In this document: positions 49,273-59,689 of the stretch, in pieces | Layout: every line of letters begins with the position of its first letter | How positions within the stretch are numbered: the stretch's first letter is position 1 | Origin: an uncultured Chloroflexia bacterium | Lineage (GTDB): Bacteria > Chloroflexota > Limnocylindria > Limnocylindrales > CSP1-4 | Length of the DNA stretch: 64,000 nucleotides | NCBI GenBank assembly: GCA_963832105.1 | Contig: CAWHSS010000003.1 | Coordinates: forward strand, 280,131 to 344,130 | Reading direction: 5' to 3' | Notes under the pieces: generated by a model | Database searches by the model: none | Seen by the model: the letters and a program-made list of their open reading frames with translations, nothing else | Told to the model about the DNA's origin: nothing | Made by a program: the position numbers and the translations under genes

Positions 49273-49485
49273 TTAGACGGGCTGCGCGCCTTCCTCATCG
49301 ATGAGGGTGACCGAGCTGTCGCAGCTCGTGCAGCGGAAGATCCGATGGTTGGCCCAGCCGCGCTCTGGGTCGGTTTCCGCCGGACTGTGAGGTGTCCTGT
49401 CCTCGACCATCTCACCCCAACTGCCGTCGGAGTGCCGGTGGTCGATGCGATACGCCATTGCGAGCATCCGCGACTGGGCGTCCAT
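49273..49485 (-). CDS. Hypothetical small protein (70 aa) with a single CxxC.
   Basis: The RBS AAGGAGA lies 3 nt before the ATG at 49485. The stop is TAA. The sequence includes 'YRIDHRHSDGSWGEMVEDRTPHSPAETDPERGWANHRIFRCTSCDSSV'. Confidence 0.4.
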   Translation of the reverse strand: MDAQSRMLAMAYRIDHRHSDGSWGEMVEDRTPHSPAETDPERGWANHRIFRCTSCDSSVTLIDEEGAQPV

Positions 49486-49539
49486 GAGTCTCCTTGGGGC
49501 GGGCTACGGTTGCCATTCTCACACCCGGGATCGCGCGCC

Positions 49540-50127
49540 TCAAGCCGGTTCGCGACTCGCTTTGATCAGCCGGCCGCGCCGCGAGATGGCATGGGTGGCG
49601 AGGGCGGCGACGCCCATTGCGATGAGGGCTCGTTCGGCGGTCGGCATCGGGCGGACCGCGGAGAGGAACTGATCGGCCCGGGCGCGGTCCACGACGCGGA
49701 GGAGGGCCTGGCCGCGCTGGGTCAGCTGGAGTGAGCGCTGGCGGCGGTCTTCCGGCTCCGTCCGGCGCTCGACGAGTCGCCGGCGGACCAGCCCGTCGAC
49801 GAGCCGGCTCGTCGCTGACGGCGAGCGGTTGATCACTTCGGCGAGGTCGCCGATCGTCATCGTCCCGGAGTCGGCGAGGACGTAGAGCGCCGCCAGCTGG
49901 GTGAAGCCGAGCCGCATCTCGCCGAGCTGCGACGCAAACCCGATGACGAGCTCCCGCCACAGGGCCCGGCCCATCGCGACGCGCTCGGAGATCTGGCGGA
50001 CGTTCTGGATCCGGCTGCCCGCGGCGAGGACCGGCGCCGACAGGTCCGCTTCGAAACGGCGCGCGATCGTCCGCCTCGGCGGCGGCGCGGAGAGGCGGCG
50101 AGCGGCGCTGCGGGGTTCGGCGGCCAT
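49540..50127 (-). CDS. MarR-family transcriptional regulator, divergent from fabD.
   Basis: 'LAALYVLADSGTMTIGDLAEVINRSPSATSRLVDGLVRRRLVERRTEPEDRRQRSLQLTQRG' is a winged-HTH of MarR type. Confidence 0.8.
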   Translation of the reverse strand: MAAEPRSAARRLSAPPPRRTIARRFEADLSAPVLAAGSRIQNVRQISERVAMGRALWRELVIGFASQLGEMRLGFTQLAALYVLADSGTMTIGDLAEVINRSPSATSRLVDGLVRRRLVERRTEPEDRRQRSLQLTQRGQALLRVVDRARADQFLSAVRPMPTAERALIAMGVAALATHAISRRGRLIKASREPA

Positions 50128-50218
50128 GCTCGCGCGAGCATACGGCTGAACGGGAGGTGCGTGCAATCGCGCACAGGCCCCTCTCCGCGAGGGCCGTCGG
50201 CGCGCTACGCTCCGAACG

Positions 50219-51188
50219 ATGCAGACGTATGCCTTCGTGTTCCCGGGCCAGGGCTCGCAGTCGGTCGGCATGGGTCAGGCTCTCGCCGAGCGCTCGCCCG
50301 CCGCCGCCGCGATCTTCGACGAGGCCGATTCGGTCCTCGGCCAACCGATCAGCCGCCTGGCGTGGGAGGGCCCGGCCGACGAGCTCGACCGGACCGAGAA
50401 CGCCCAGCCGGCACTCCTCGCGACCTCGCTCGCCTATCTCGCCGCAGTTCGCGAGCGGTGGGCCGATCTCGACGTCAAGGTCGCCCAGCCGGCCTTCGCG
50501 GCCGGCCACTCGATGGGCCAGTATTCGGCGCTCGTCGCGGCGGACGTGATCTCGCTCGCCGACGGGCTCCGGCTCGTCCGCGAGCGCGGCCGCCTCATGC
50601 AGGCCTCGGGCTCGGGGCGGGACGGGGCGATGGCCGCGATCATCGGCCTCGACGAGGCCCGACTGCCGGAGCTCGTCGCAAGCGGCCGGCGCCCACGGCA
50701 CGTTCGGCGTCGCCAACCGCAACGCTCCGGGCCAGGTCGTCGTCTCCGGCGAGCGCGCCGCGATCGAGGCCGCGGCCGACATCGCGAAGGAGCTCGGCGC
50801 GCGCAAGGCGATCATCCTGCCGGTGTCCGTGGCCGCGCACTCCCCGCTCATGGCCGAGGCCGCGACCGCGATGCGCGACGTCCTCGCGACGATCGACTTC
50901 GCCGACCCGACGACGCCGCTCCTGGCCAATGCCGATGCGACGCCCATCACGAACGCCGAAGCCGGTCGGTCGGAGCTGGTCGATCACCTGACCGCGGGCG
51001 TCGACTGGGTCGCCGCCGTCGAACGGATGGCGGAAGCCGGCGTCACGACGTTCATCGAGGTCGGCCCCGGTCGTGTCCTGACCGGCCTCATCAAACGCAT
51101 CGCACCCGATGCCGAGGCGATCGCCCTGGACGATCCGGGCGCAGCCGATCGGCTGACCGTCCCCTTCGCATCACCGACTCCAGCCTGA
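50219..51188 (+). CDS. fabD: Malonyl-CoA:ACP transacylase. There is one frameshift near 50693.
   Basis: 'AFVFPGQGSQSVGMG...TENAQPALLATSLA...AAGHSMGQYSALVAA' is followed, in a second frame, by 'GVANRNAPGQVVVSGE...LPVSVAAHSPLM'. Confidence 0.9.
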
Positions 51189-51211
51189 GCTTCTGAGAGG
51201 GATCACCGAAC

Positions 51212-52475
51212 GTGCGCAAACCCGATTACGACCGCCGCGTAGCAGTCACCGGTCTCGGTGTCGTCAGCCCGGTGGGCAACGACGTGCAGACGGCGTGGGA
51301 CAACCTGATGCGCGGCAATTCCGGCCTCGTCGAGATCACGAAGTTCGACGTCTCGCGGTACGAGGCGAAGGCCGCCGGCGAGGTCCGCAACTTCAGCGCC
51401 GCGGAGTGGATGGACCCGAAGGCCGTTCGCCGCAGCGAGACGAGCATGCATTTCGGCGTGTCGGCCGCCAAGCAGGCGCTGATCGATTCGGGGTTCGAGA
51501 TCACCGACGCCAATCGGGAGGACGTCGGCGTCGTCTTCGGCTCGGGGGCCGGCGGCCAGCAGCTGATGATCGATGCGTGGATCGCGCTCCACGAGAAGGG
51601 GCCCCGGAGCGTCCCGCCGACGTTCATCGCCAATGCGCTCGTCGACTCCGCCTCGGGGATGATCGCGATCGAGACCGGCGCGATCGGCCACAACGTCTGC
51701 ATCGTGTCGGCCTGCGCCACCGGGCACCCACAACGTCGCGGAGGGCGCCGAGGCGATCCGCCGCGGCGACTGCATCGCGGTGATCTCCGGCTCGACCGAG
51801 GCGCCGCTCCTCGAGACGGCCCACGCCGGGTTCACGAACATGCGCGGGATGGGCCTGCCGCGGCCCGGCGAGCCGCTCCAGACGGTCTCGCGGCCGTTCG
51901 ACGCGACGCGGGACGGCTTCGTCCTCGGCGAAGGTGCCGGATCGCTGTTCCTCGAGGATCTCGAGCTGGCCAAGGCGCGCGGCGCGCGGATCTACGCGGA
52001 AGTCGTCGGCTACGGCTCGGCGGCGGATGGCTGGGACATGGTCCAGCCGATCGACAAGGGTGTCGGCTCGTCGAGGGCGATGAAGATGGCGCTGGAGCGG
52101 CGCGGCGTACCGGCCGACGAGGTCGACATGATCAACCCCCACGGAACGTCGACGCCGCTCGGGGACAAGCGCGAGGCAGAGGCGATCTGGGCGGTCTTCG
52201 GGGACCACACGCCGAACATCGCGATCAGCGCCACGAAGTCGATGACCGGTCACATGATGGGCGCGGCCGGAGCATTCGAGGCGTTCGCGACGGTCAAGGC
52301 GGTCGCCGAGCAGTGCATCCCGCCGACGATCAACTACAGGGACGCCGACCCGGAATGCGACCTCCAGGTCGTCACCGAGGCGACGCCGCGAGAGATCCGG
52401 TACGCGTTGTCGAACAACATCGGGCTGGGCGGCCACAACGGCGCCGTCATATTCAAAAGGTATGACGGCGACTGA
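51212..52475 (+). CDS. fabF: Beta-ketoacyl-ACP synthase II, copy 1. There is one frameshift near 51727.
   Basis: 'RVAVTGLGVVSPVGND...NVCIVSACATG' is followed, in a second frame, by 'ISGSTEAPL...INPHGTSTPLGD...KSMTGHMMGAAG...SNNIGLGGHNGAVIF'. Confidence 0.85.
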
Positions 52476-52531
52476 CGATCGCAGACTCGTCAGTACAATT
52501 CGGCGCAGCCCGAATCCCGAGGTAGCCATCC

Positions 52532-53797
52532 TTGCCTGAAACCGATCCGTCCCGGCGCGCCGTCATCACCGGTCTGGGCGCAGTCATGCCGATTGGCAAT
52601 GACTTTCCGACGTATTGGTCGAACCTCGTCGCCGGGGTGACCGGGACTCGCCGAATCCAGGGCTTCGACGCGACCGGGTTCGAGGTCCAGATCGCCGCGG
52701 AGGTCCTCAACTTCGATCCGGCGGCCGCGATGGATCCGAAGATGGCCCGCCGGATGACGCGGTTCATCCACTTCGCGATGGCCGCCGGCAAGGAAGCCGT
52801 CGCCGATTCGGGGATCGACTTCGCGGCGATGACGCCGGAGCAGCGCGACCGCGTCGGCGTCGTCGTCAACACCGGCGGCGGCGGGATCGAGGCGATCATC
52901 GACGGGACCCACGTCCACGACAGCAAGGGTCCCCGCTTCGTCAGCCCGTTCGCGGTTCCGGCGCTGTCGGGCTCGATGGGCGCCGCCCTGCTGTCGATCG
53001 AGTACGGGCTGACCGGCCCGGTCATGACCCAGGTCGCCGCCTGCGCGACGTCGGTCATCGCCTTTCACGACGCGCTCCGGCTCATCCGATCCGGCGAGTG
53101 CGACGTCGTCCTGACGGGCGGCTCGGAGGCGCCGGTCGTGCCGATGGGCGTCGCGGCCCTGGGCAACATGACGGCCCTGTCGCAGCGCAACGATTCGCCC
53201 GAGACGGCGTCGCGACCGTTCGATCTGACTCGCGACGGGTTCGTGCTCGGCGAGGGCGGCGGCGTCGTCGTCGTCGAGTCCCTCGAGCACGCGCTGACGC
53301 GCGGTGCCACGCCGATCGCCGAGGTCATCGGTGGCGCGCTGACCGCCGATGCGTTCCACATCAGCGCCCCCGAACCGAGCGGCCGCGGCCAGGCCCGGGC
53401 GATGACACTCGCCCTCAAGAACGCCGAGGTCGCGCCCGACGAGATCGACTACATCGTCGCCCACGGGACCGCGACGCCACTCAACGACCAGACCGAGACG
53501 CGGGCGATCAAGACGGCCTACGGCGAGCACGCCCGGCGCGTCGCGATCAGCTCGCCGAAGTCGATGATCGGCCATCTCGTCGGGGCCGCGGGGATCGCCA
53601 GCGTCCTCGCAGGGGTCGGTGCGATTCGCGACCAGATCATCCCGCCGACAGCGAACCTCCACACCCCAGATCCGGAGTGCGACCTCGACTACGTCCCGCT
53701 GACCGCCCGGAAGGCAAAGGTCGAGACGGTCGCGGTCCACGGCTTCGGATTCGGCGGGCAGAACGCGGTCACCGTGTTGCGAGCCGTCAAGGCCTGA
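52532..53797 (+). CDS. fabF: Beta-ketoacyl-ACP synthase II, copy 2 (TTG start).
   Basis: The ORF is intact at 421 aa. 'RAVITGLGAVMPIGND...VAACATS...VAHGTATPLND...KSMIGHLVGAAG...GFGFGGQNAV' are present. Confidence 0.9.
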   Translation: MPETDPSRRAVITGLGAVMPIGNDFPTYWSNLVAGVTGTRRIQGFDATGFEVQIAAEVLNFDPAAAMDPKMARRMTRFIHFAMAAGKEAVADSGIDFAAMTPEQRDRVGVVVNTGGGGIEAIIDGTHVHDSKGPRFVSPFAVPALSGSMGAALLSIEYGLTGPVMTQVAACATSVIAFHDALRLIRSGECDVVLTGGSEAPVVPMGVAALGNMTALSQRNDSPETASRPFDLTRDGFVLGEGGGVVVVESLEHALTRGATPIAEVIGGALTADAFHISAPEPSGRGQARAMTLALKNAEVAPDEIDYIVAHGTATPLNDQTETRAIKTAYGEHARRVAISSPKSMIGHLVGAAGIASVLAGVGAIRDQIIPPTANLHTPDPECDLDYVPLTARKAKVETVAVHGFGFGGQNAVTVLRAVKA

Positions 53798-53822
53798 CCG
53801 ACCGACCGAGGTTCGGGCCGGC

Positions 53823-56520
53823 TCAGTCCACGACGAGCGTGCCGGTCATGCCCGCTTCTGCGTGACCTGGCACGGTGCAAATGACCCGGTACGTACCCGG
53901 CGGCGGGGGCGAGGAACCGGATTCGCTGCGTCTGGCCGGGTCGGGCGCCAGCGTCGATGTTCGCGACGCCCTCGACCTCCCAGTCGTGGAACACCGGATC
54001 GGCGTTCGTGAAGCTGACGACGACGAACTCGCCCGACGCGAACGCGAACATCGGCTGGTTCGAAGGCCACGTTCCTGGCGACGACCTCGACCTGCGTGGC
54101 GCCCGCATCGATCGCCCGATCGGCGGCCATGACCCCACCCGCGATCGCGAGTGAGGCGATCGCAACGCCGATCAGGTACCAGCCGCGGCGGAGCACCCCG
54201 AGCGGCCCACGCCGCTGACGCGCACGAACGGCATCGGGCCGGGCGTCGAAGCGGCGCAGCCGGAGGGAGTTCGTCACGACGGCGACCGACGACAGCGCCA
54301 TCGCCCCGGCGGCAAGCGCCGGGTTGAGCGTCAACCCGATCGGGACGAGCGCGCCCATCGCGACCGGGATAAGCAGGACGTTGTAGGCGAACGCCCAGAA
54401 GAGGTTCTCGCGGACGATCGCCATCGTCGCGCGGGAAAGGTCGATCGCGCTCGCGACTCCGCGCGGGTCGCCGCCGACGAGCGTGACACCGGCGGCCTCG
54501 ATGGCGACGTCGGCGCCGGTCCCGAGGGCGATGCCGACGTCCGCGCGGGCAAGGGCCGGGGCGTCGTTGATCCCGTCGCCGACCATCGCGACCACGTGGC
54601 CGCCGGCCTGGAGCTCCTCGACGATCGCGGCCTTGTCGCCGGGCAGGACCTCGGCGCGGACGCGCTCCGGAACGATGCCGACTCGCGACGCCACGGCCTC
54701 GGCGGTCGCGCGGGCATCGCCCGTCACGAGCCAGACGTCGATCCCGGAATCGGACAGCTGGCGGACGGCTGCGGCGGCCTCCGCCTTGATCGGATCGGCG
54801 ATCGCGAGGAGCCCGGCCGCGCTCCCATCGATGGCGACGAAGGCAAGCGTGCGCCCGACGTCGGCGGCCGCGGCCGCGGCTCCCGCGAGGGCATCGATCG
54901 AGATTCCCCGATCGGTGATGAGACGCGCACTGCCGACGGCGACCTGTCGACCGTCGACCGTCCCGACGACGCCATGACCGGGCACGGCCTCGAACGCGTC
55001 GGCCGGGCGGAAGCCGAGCTCGTCGAGGCGAGCCCGGGTCACGATCGCCGCACCGAGCGGGTGCTCGCTGCCGCGCTCGAGCGAGGCCGCGAAGTCGAGC
55101 ATCTCCGCTGGATCGACACCCGGCGCCGCGTCGATCGCGACGACCTCCGGCCGGCCGGCGGTCAGGGTGCCCGTCTTGTCGAACACGACCGTCGACACGC
55201 GATGGGCGGACTCGAGCGACTCGCCGCCACGGAAGAGGATGCCCGCCTCGGCGCCGCGCCCCGTGCCGGCCATGATCGCCGTCGGCGTGGCGAGGCCCAT
55301 CGCGCACGGACACGCGACGATGACGACGCCGATGAACGCGGTCAGGGCGAGCGTGAGCCGGGGCTCCGTTCCGAAGACGAACCAGGCGACGAACGTGAGG
55401 ACCGCGACGACGAGGACCGCCGGCACGAACACCTCGCTGACCCGGTCGGCCAGGCGCTGGATCGGCGCCTTCGAGCCCTGGGCATGCTCGACGAGCGCGA
55501 CGATCCGGGCGAGTGCCGTGTCGGCGCCGACGCGCGTCGCGCGGAAGATGAACGACCCGGTTCCGTTGAGCGTGGCCCCGATGACCTCGTCACCGGCCGC
55601 CTTGGCAACCGGCATCGCCTCACCGGTGAGCATCGACTCGTCGACGGCCGACGTTCCCTCGACAACGACGCCGTCGACCGGCACCTTGTCGCCCGGCCGG
55701 ACCCGGAGCAGGTCGCCGGGCTGGACCTCCTCGAGGCCCACGACCGATTTCCTCGTCGCCGCGGACCAGTCGCGCCGACGTCGCCTGGAGCCCGATGAGC
55801 CGGCGGATCGCGCCGGTGGCCTGGGTCTTGGCCCGGGCCTCGAGCCATCGGCCGAGGAGGATGAGCCCGATGATGATCGTCGAGCTGTCGAAGTAGGTCT
55901 CAGGATGGAGACCGGCCTCGTGGATGACGTCCGGGAAGAGCGTCACGAAGACGCTGTAGCCCCAGGCCGCCGTCGTCCCGACGGCAACGAGCGTGTCCAT
56001 CGTCGTCCCGCCGTGGCGGGCCGCTCGCCAGGCCGCCGCGTAGAACCGCCGGCCAGCCCAGAACTGGATGATCGTTGCCGGGATGAGCACGACCCGGTTG
56101 ATGTCCTCCATCGGTACCACGGTCTGGGGCCAGAACATCGCGACCATGATCGCGAGCGCGACGCCGATCGAGACGACCGCCTCGCGGAGGATCTGGCGGG
56201 CGTGAGCGGCGCGGTCGGCGGCGTCGGCGTCGGAGGCCTCGCGGAGCGTCCGCGTCGCCGCCGATTCCGCGTCCGGGGCCGGTTTGAGCGAGTAACCCGC
56301 GGCCTCGATCGCGGCTTCCAGCTCCGCCCGGCCCGCGACCTCGGGCAGGTAGCGGATCGTGGCCGCCTCCGTCGCGAGGTTCACCGCGGCATCCGCGACG
56401 CCGGGCGTCTTCTTGAGGAACCGCTCGATGCGGTTGACGCAGCTCGCGCAGGTCATGCCCTCGACCGGGAAGGGTGACCTCGATGGCGGGCGCAGCGGCA
56501 GACGGCGGCGGTGTCGTCAT
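53823..56520 (-). CDS. copA: Copper-translocating P1B-type ATPase with an N-terminal HMA domain, an extra C-terminal TM helix and a fused cupredoxin domain. There are >=4 frameshifts, near 56460, 55740, 54050 and 53910.
   Basis: The motifs are '[12 protein letters not shown]', '[10 protein letters not shown]', '[10 protein letters not shown]' and '[11 protein letters not shown]'. After the last canonical TM comes '[20 protein letters not shown]', then '[25 protein letters not shown]...[25 protein letters not shown]'. Confidence 0.85.
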
Positions 56521-56536
56521 ACTCCCTGGGGAGTAT
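56519..56536. promoter_or_regulatory. Perfect 18-bp palindrome ATACTCCC-TG-GGGAGTAT overlapping the copA start codon. It resembles a CsoR/RcnR-family operator.
   Basis: Read from the sequence. It has TACT/AGTA ends around a C/G tract. It lies in the 38-nt copA-ogt divergent region. Confidence 0.5.
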
Positions 56537-56558
56537 AACAGGGAGGACACTACCCCTG

Positions 56559-57110
56559 ATGCCAGCCGCCAATTTCGCCGTCGCCGCGGTCGCCGCGCCG
56601 TGGGGTCCACTCCACCTCGCGGCGACCTCGACCGGCGTCGTTGCCCTCGAGATCCTCGCCCCGCGCGAAGCCTTTGTCGACCGCCTCGAGCGGCGACTTC
56701 GGCGCGAGGTGAGCAGCGCACCGAATCCCATCCTGGATTCGGCGGTCGCCCAGGTCGAGGAGTTCCTCGACGGCCGCCGCCTGGCCTTCGACCTGCCGCT
56801 CGATCTCGCGGATCGGCCGGCCTGGGACCGGACGGTCTTCGCCGCGATCCAGGAAATCCCGTGGGGCGAGGTGACCAGCTACGGCCGGCTGGCGAGGCAG
56901 ATCGACAAGGCCGGGGCTGCACGGGCCGTCGGTGGGGCGGTTGGTCGCTGCCCGATCGGGCTCATCATCCCCTGCCACCGGGTCATCGCCGGGGATGGCT
57001 CGCTGGGCGGCTACGGCGGCGACTGGTTCGGGTCGCGGCAGCGCCACCTGGAGCTGAAGTCGGAGCTGCTGGCGCGCGAAGGGATCGACATCCCCGTGCC
57101 CCGCGCGTGA
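56559..57110 (+). CDS. ogt: Methylated-DNA-protein-cysteine methyltransferase.
   Basis: 'IPWGEVTSYGRLARQIDKAGAARAVGGAVGRCPIGLIIPCHRVIAGDGSLGGY' carries the PCHRV active-site motif. Confidence 0.85.
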   Translation: MPAANFAVAAVAAPWGPLHLAATSTGVVALEILAPREAFVDRLERRLRREVSSAPNPILDSAVAQVEEFLDGRRLAFDLPLDLADRPAWDRTVFAAIQEIPWGEVTSYGRLARQIDKAGAARAVGGAVGRCPIGLIIPCHRVIAGDGSLGGYGGDWFGSRQRHLELKSELLAREGIDIPVPRA

Positions 57111-57315
57111 CCGGCGCCCTCAGCGCGGTGGCTCCAGGCTCGACTCCGGCTCCGGCTCCGAAATGTCCGAAATCGAACGCCGCTGGAAATCAGTTCCGTC
57201 CCGCCCAATCCTCCGATTCCGGACTCCCAATTCGGAGTAGGTGAGGGAACGGAAATGAGTTTGCCCGGCGTGCGATATCGGACTACCTGGCGTGGGGCCG
57301 AGGCCAGCCGCGGCC

Positions 57316-57785
57316 TCAGTGGTGGTCGTGGACGACCGCGTGGCCGCGGCCGCGGGCGATAAGCCAGCGATTCACGGGGTACGCCGCGATCCCCGCGACG
57401 AGGAGCGCCACCGCCAGGCTCGCCCAGAAAAGCGCGTCGGTGATCGCTGCGTCCATCGCCCCGGGGATGGCCAGGATGATGGCGTTGTCGACGATCTCCA
57501 TGACCGTGATCGACACGGTGTCGGCGGCGAGGGCGAGGCCCATCGCCGCACGGATCGCCATGCCGGACCCGAGGAGCGGCCGCAGGGTCAGGGCATAGCC
57601 GAAGACGAAGGCCAACACGACGGCCAGCACGATCGACGGGAGGTCATGCCACCCGAGCTGCGTCGCGATGAGAAGCCCGAGGATCTCGCCGATTCCGCAG
57701 CCCGTGAGGCAATGAACGGTGGCCTGGAGCGCCAGGCGGTCGAGCGACGGGGCGGCGGATGCGTGTTTCAGGAGCGGGGAACGGG
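57316..57785 (-). CDS. DUF4396-like integral membrane protein. The start is uncertain, with a probable frameshift near 57770.
   Basis: 'LALQATVHCLTGCGIGEILGLLIATQLGWHDLPSIVLAVVLAFVFGYALTLRPLL...' continues to 'HAVVHDHH'. No in-frame start codon exists upstream of 57630. Confidence 0.5.
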
Positions 57786-58187
57786 TCGCATCGGGTAGAG
57801 CCCGACGACGATCGGGGAGCGGGGATCGAGCGACAGCTCGTACCCGACCTCGCCGCCGCGCAGCAGTTCACCGAGGAGCCCGCCCTCGCGGGACGGCAGC
57901 CCGACGAAGATCCGGCCGTCCGCGAGGTCGACCGGCGTGACGTCGTCCTCCTGGCCGTTGATCCCGAACCGGCGGCGCAGCTCGTGCATCGGCACGTAGG
58001 GTCGGCTCTTGATGAATCGGCGGAGCTGGGGCGCGGTGCAGCCGGCCGATGCCGTGAAGCCCCCGCCATCCGGCCCGGAGCCGGGGCCGCGCGATTCGGC
58101 CGGGCGCGGGGCATAGGCGATCGGAGCGGTTGGGGTGATCGGGGCGGCTGGCGGGGTGGACGGATGCGTCACCGGCAAGTCGGGCAT
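57768..58187 (-). CDS. Hypothetical protein with a Pro-rich N-terminus and a possible winged-helix-like C-terminal half.
   Basis: The ORF is 139 aa. 'LRRFIKSRPYVPMHELRRRFGINGQEDDVTPVDLADGRIFVGLPSREGGLLGELL'. I recognise no family with confidence. Confidence 0.35.
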   Translation of the reverse strand: MPDLPVTHPSTPPAAPITPTAPIAYAPRPAESRGPGSGPDGGGFTASAGCTAPQLRRFIKSRPYVPMHELRRRFGINGQEDDVTPVDLADGRIFVGLPSREGGLLGELLRGGEVGYELSLDPRSPIVVGLYPMRPVPRS

Positions 58188-58526
58188 GGCATCGGCCGGC
58201 GCGGGCTGGCTCGTTTGCTCGTTGACCGGGGCCTCGGCTCGGAGGCGGGCCCTTCGATCCGGCTGGGGATGAACGGCTCGGGTCGCGGGCGTTGCGAGTC
58301 GGCGGGCGCGGCCGCCATCGGGCCAAGCGGATTGCGGGCGTGGCCGTTCGGACGATGTGGACGTCCGCCGTGGTGGCGCCGGCTCATCGGCCGGGCCAAC
58401 CGGGTCGGGCGCCCGGTTGCGTCGGAGCGGCGAGGAAGCGCCGCGTCAGAAGTGAATGCATCGTGATCCGGTGTCGAATCGGTGAACCGGTCCGGCTCGC
58501 CGTTCCGGGGATGATACTCCAGCCGG

Positions 58527-59689
58527 TCAGCCGTCGACGACGTAGAGCTCGCGCGGCGCCTCGTTGAGCACGATCGGGCCGTCCGGCCCGCACACGACGA
58601 TGTCCTCGATTCGGGCGCCGTAGCGACCCGTCAGGTAGATGCCCGGCTCGACGCTGAACGCCATGCCTTCGCCCAGTTGCTCCCGGTTCCCGGCGACGAG
58701 GTACGGGTCTTCATGCCCCTCCAGCCCGATCCCGTGGCCGGTCCGGTGGAAGAACGCCTCACCGTAGCCCTCGGCGGCGATGAGGTCGCGTGCCGCCGCG
58801 TCGATCGACTCGCAGGCGACGCCGCGGTCGGACGGCTCGCGTCGCCTTCTCCTGGGCTGCGTGAAGCACGCCGAAGAGATGTCGAAACTCCTCGTCCGGG
58901 CCCTTCGCCGCGTCGCCGCCGGTGACCCACAACGTCCGAGTGATGTCGCTGCCGTACCCGCCGAGCGTGCCACCGATGTCGAGGACGATCGGTTCGCCGG
59001 CCGCGATGACCCGCTCCGACGCTTCGTGGTGGGGCGAGGCGGAGTTGGGTCCTGAGCCGACGATCGCGAAGAGCGCCTCCTCGTGGCCCTCGGCGATGAG
59101 CCGCTCGCGAACCTCGCGGGCGACGTCCGCCTCCGTCCGGCCGATGAGCCGGCCAGCGGCGATCTGGGCAACGACCCGATCGGCGGCCTGGGCCGCCAGC
59201 CGCAGCAGGGCAATCTCGTCGGGGTCCTTCGTCATCCGGAGCGATCGCAGCGCGCTGGTCGCCGAGTCGAAGCCCGCGCCCGGCAGCGCCCGCTGGAGCT
59301 GGAGGAGGTGATACGCCCACAGCCGATCCGAGACGCCGAGGCGCAACGCTCCGGCGCCGGCCCGGTCGTGGATGATCGAGGCGACGAGGGCGTGCGGATT
59401 GTCCGTCTCCTCCCAGGTCACGATCGGGACGTCCGTGCGGCAGCCCGGCGCGCGCCGCGGGTTCCTCCAGCCGCGGAACGACGAGCCGGATCGGGTCGTC
59501 GCCCGGCGCGATGACGAGCATCGTGAGCCGCTCGAGCGGCAATGCCTCGTACCCGGTCAGGTAGCGGAGGTCGGGCCCGACTCCCACGAGGAGCGCGTCG
59601 AAGCCCGCGTCCGCCGTTGCCCGGGCGGCGCGATCGAGGCGCTCGCGGTAGCGGGCCGGCGGGATCGTCGGTCGCGTGGCGACGGTCAT
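58527..59689 (-). CDS. M24-family Xaa-Pro aminopeptidase/dipeptidase. There are two frameshifts, near 59430 and 58840.
   Basis: The GGAGG RBS lies 8 nt before the ATG at 59689. 'YRERLDRAARATADAGFDALLVGVGPDLRYLTG', 'IVLDIGGTLGGYGSDITRT' and 'FFHRTGHGIGLEGHEDPYL...FSVEPGIY' are spread over three frames. Confidence 0.8.

Noticed and set aside
58188-58526. A 340-bp stretch between the M24 gene and the 57768-58187 ORF carries several overlapping Pro/Arg-rich ORFs. I considered it as an N-terminal extension or a separate gene.
   Set aside because: No frame shows family resemblance, an RBS or convincing codon bias. It could be a frameshift-scrambled Pro-rich N-terminus, but that cannot be reconstructed from this sequence.
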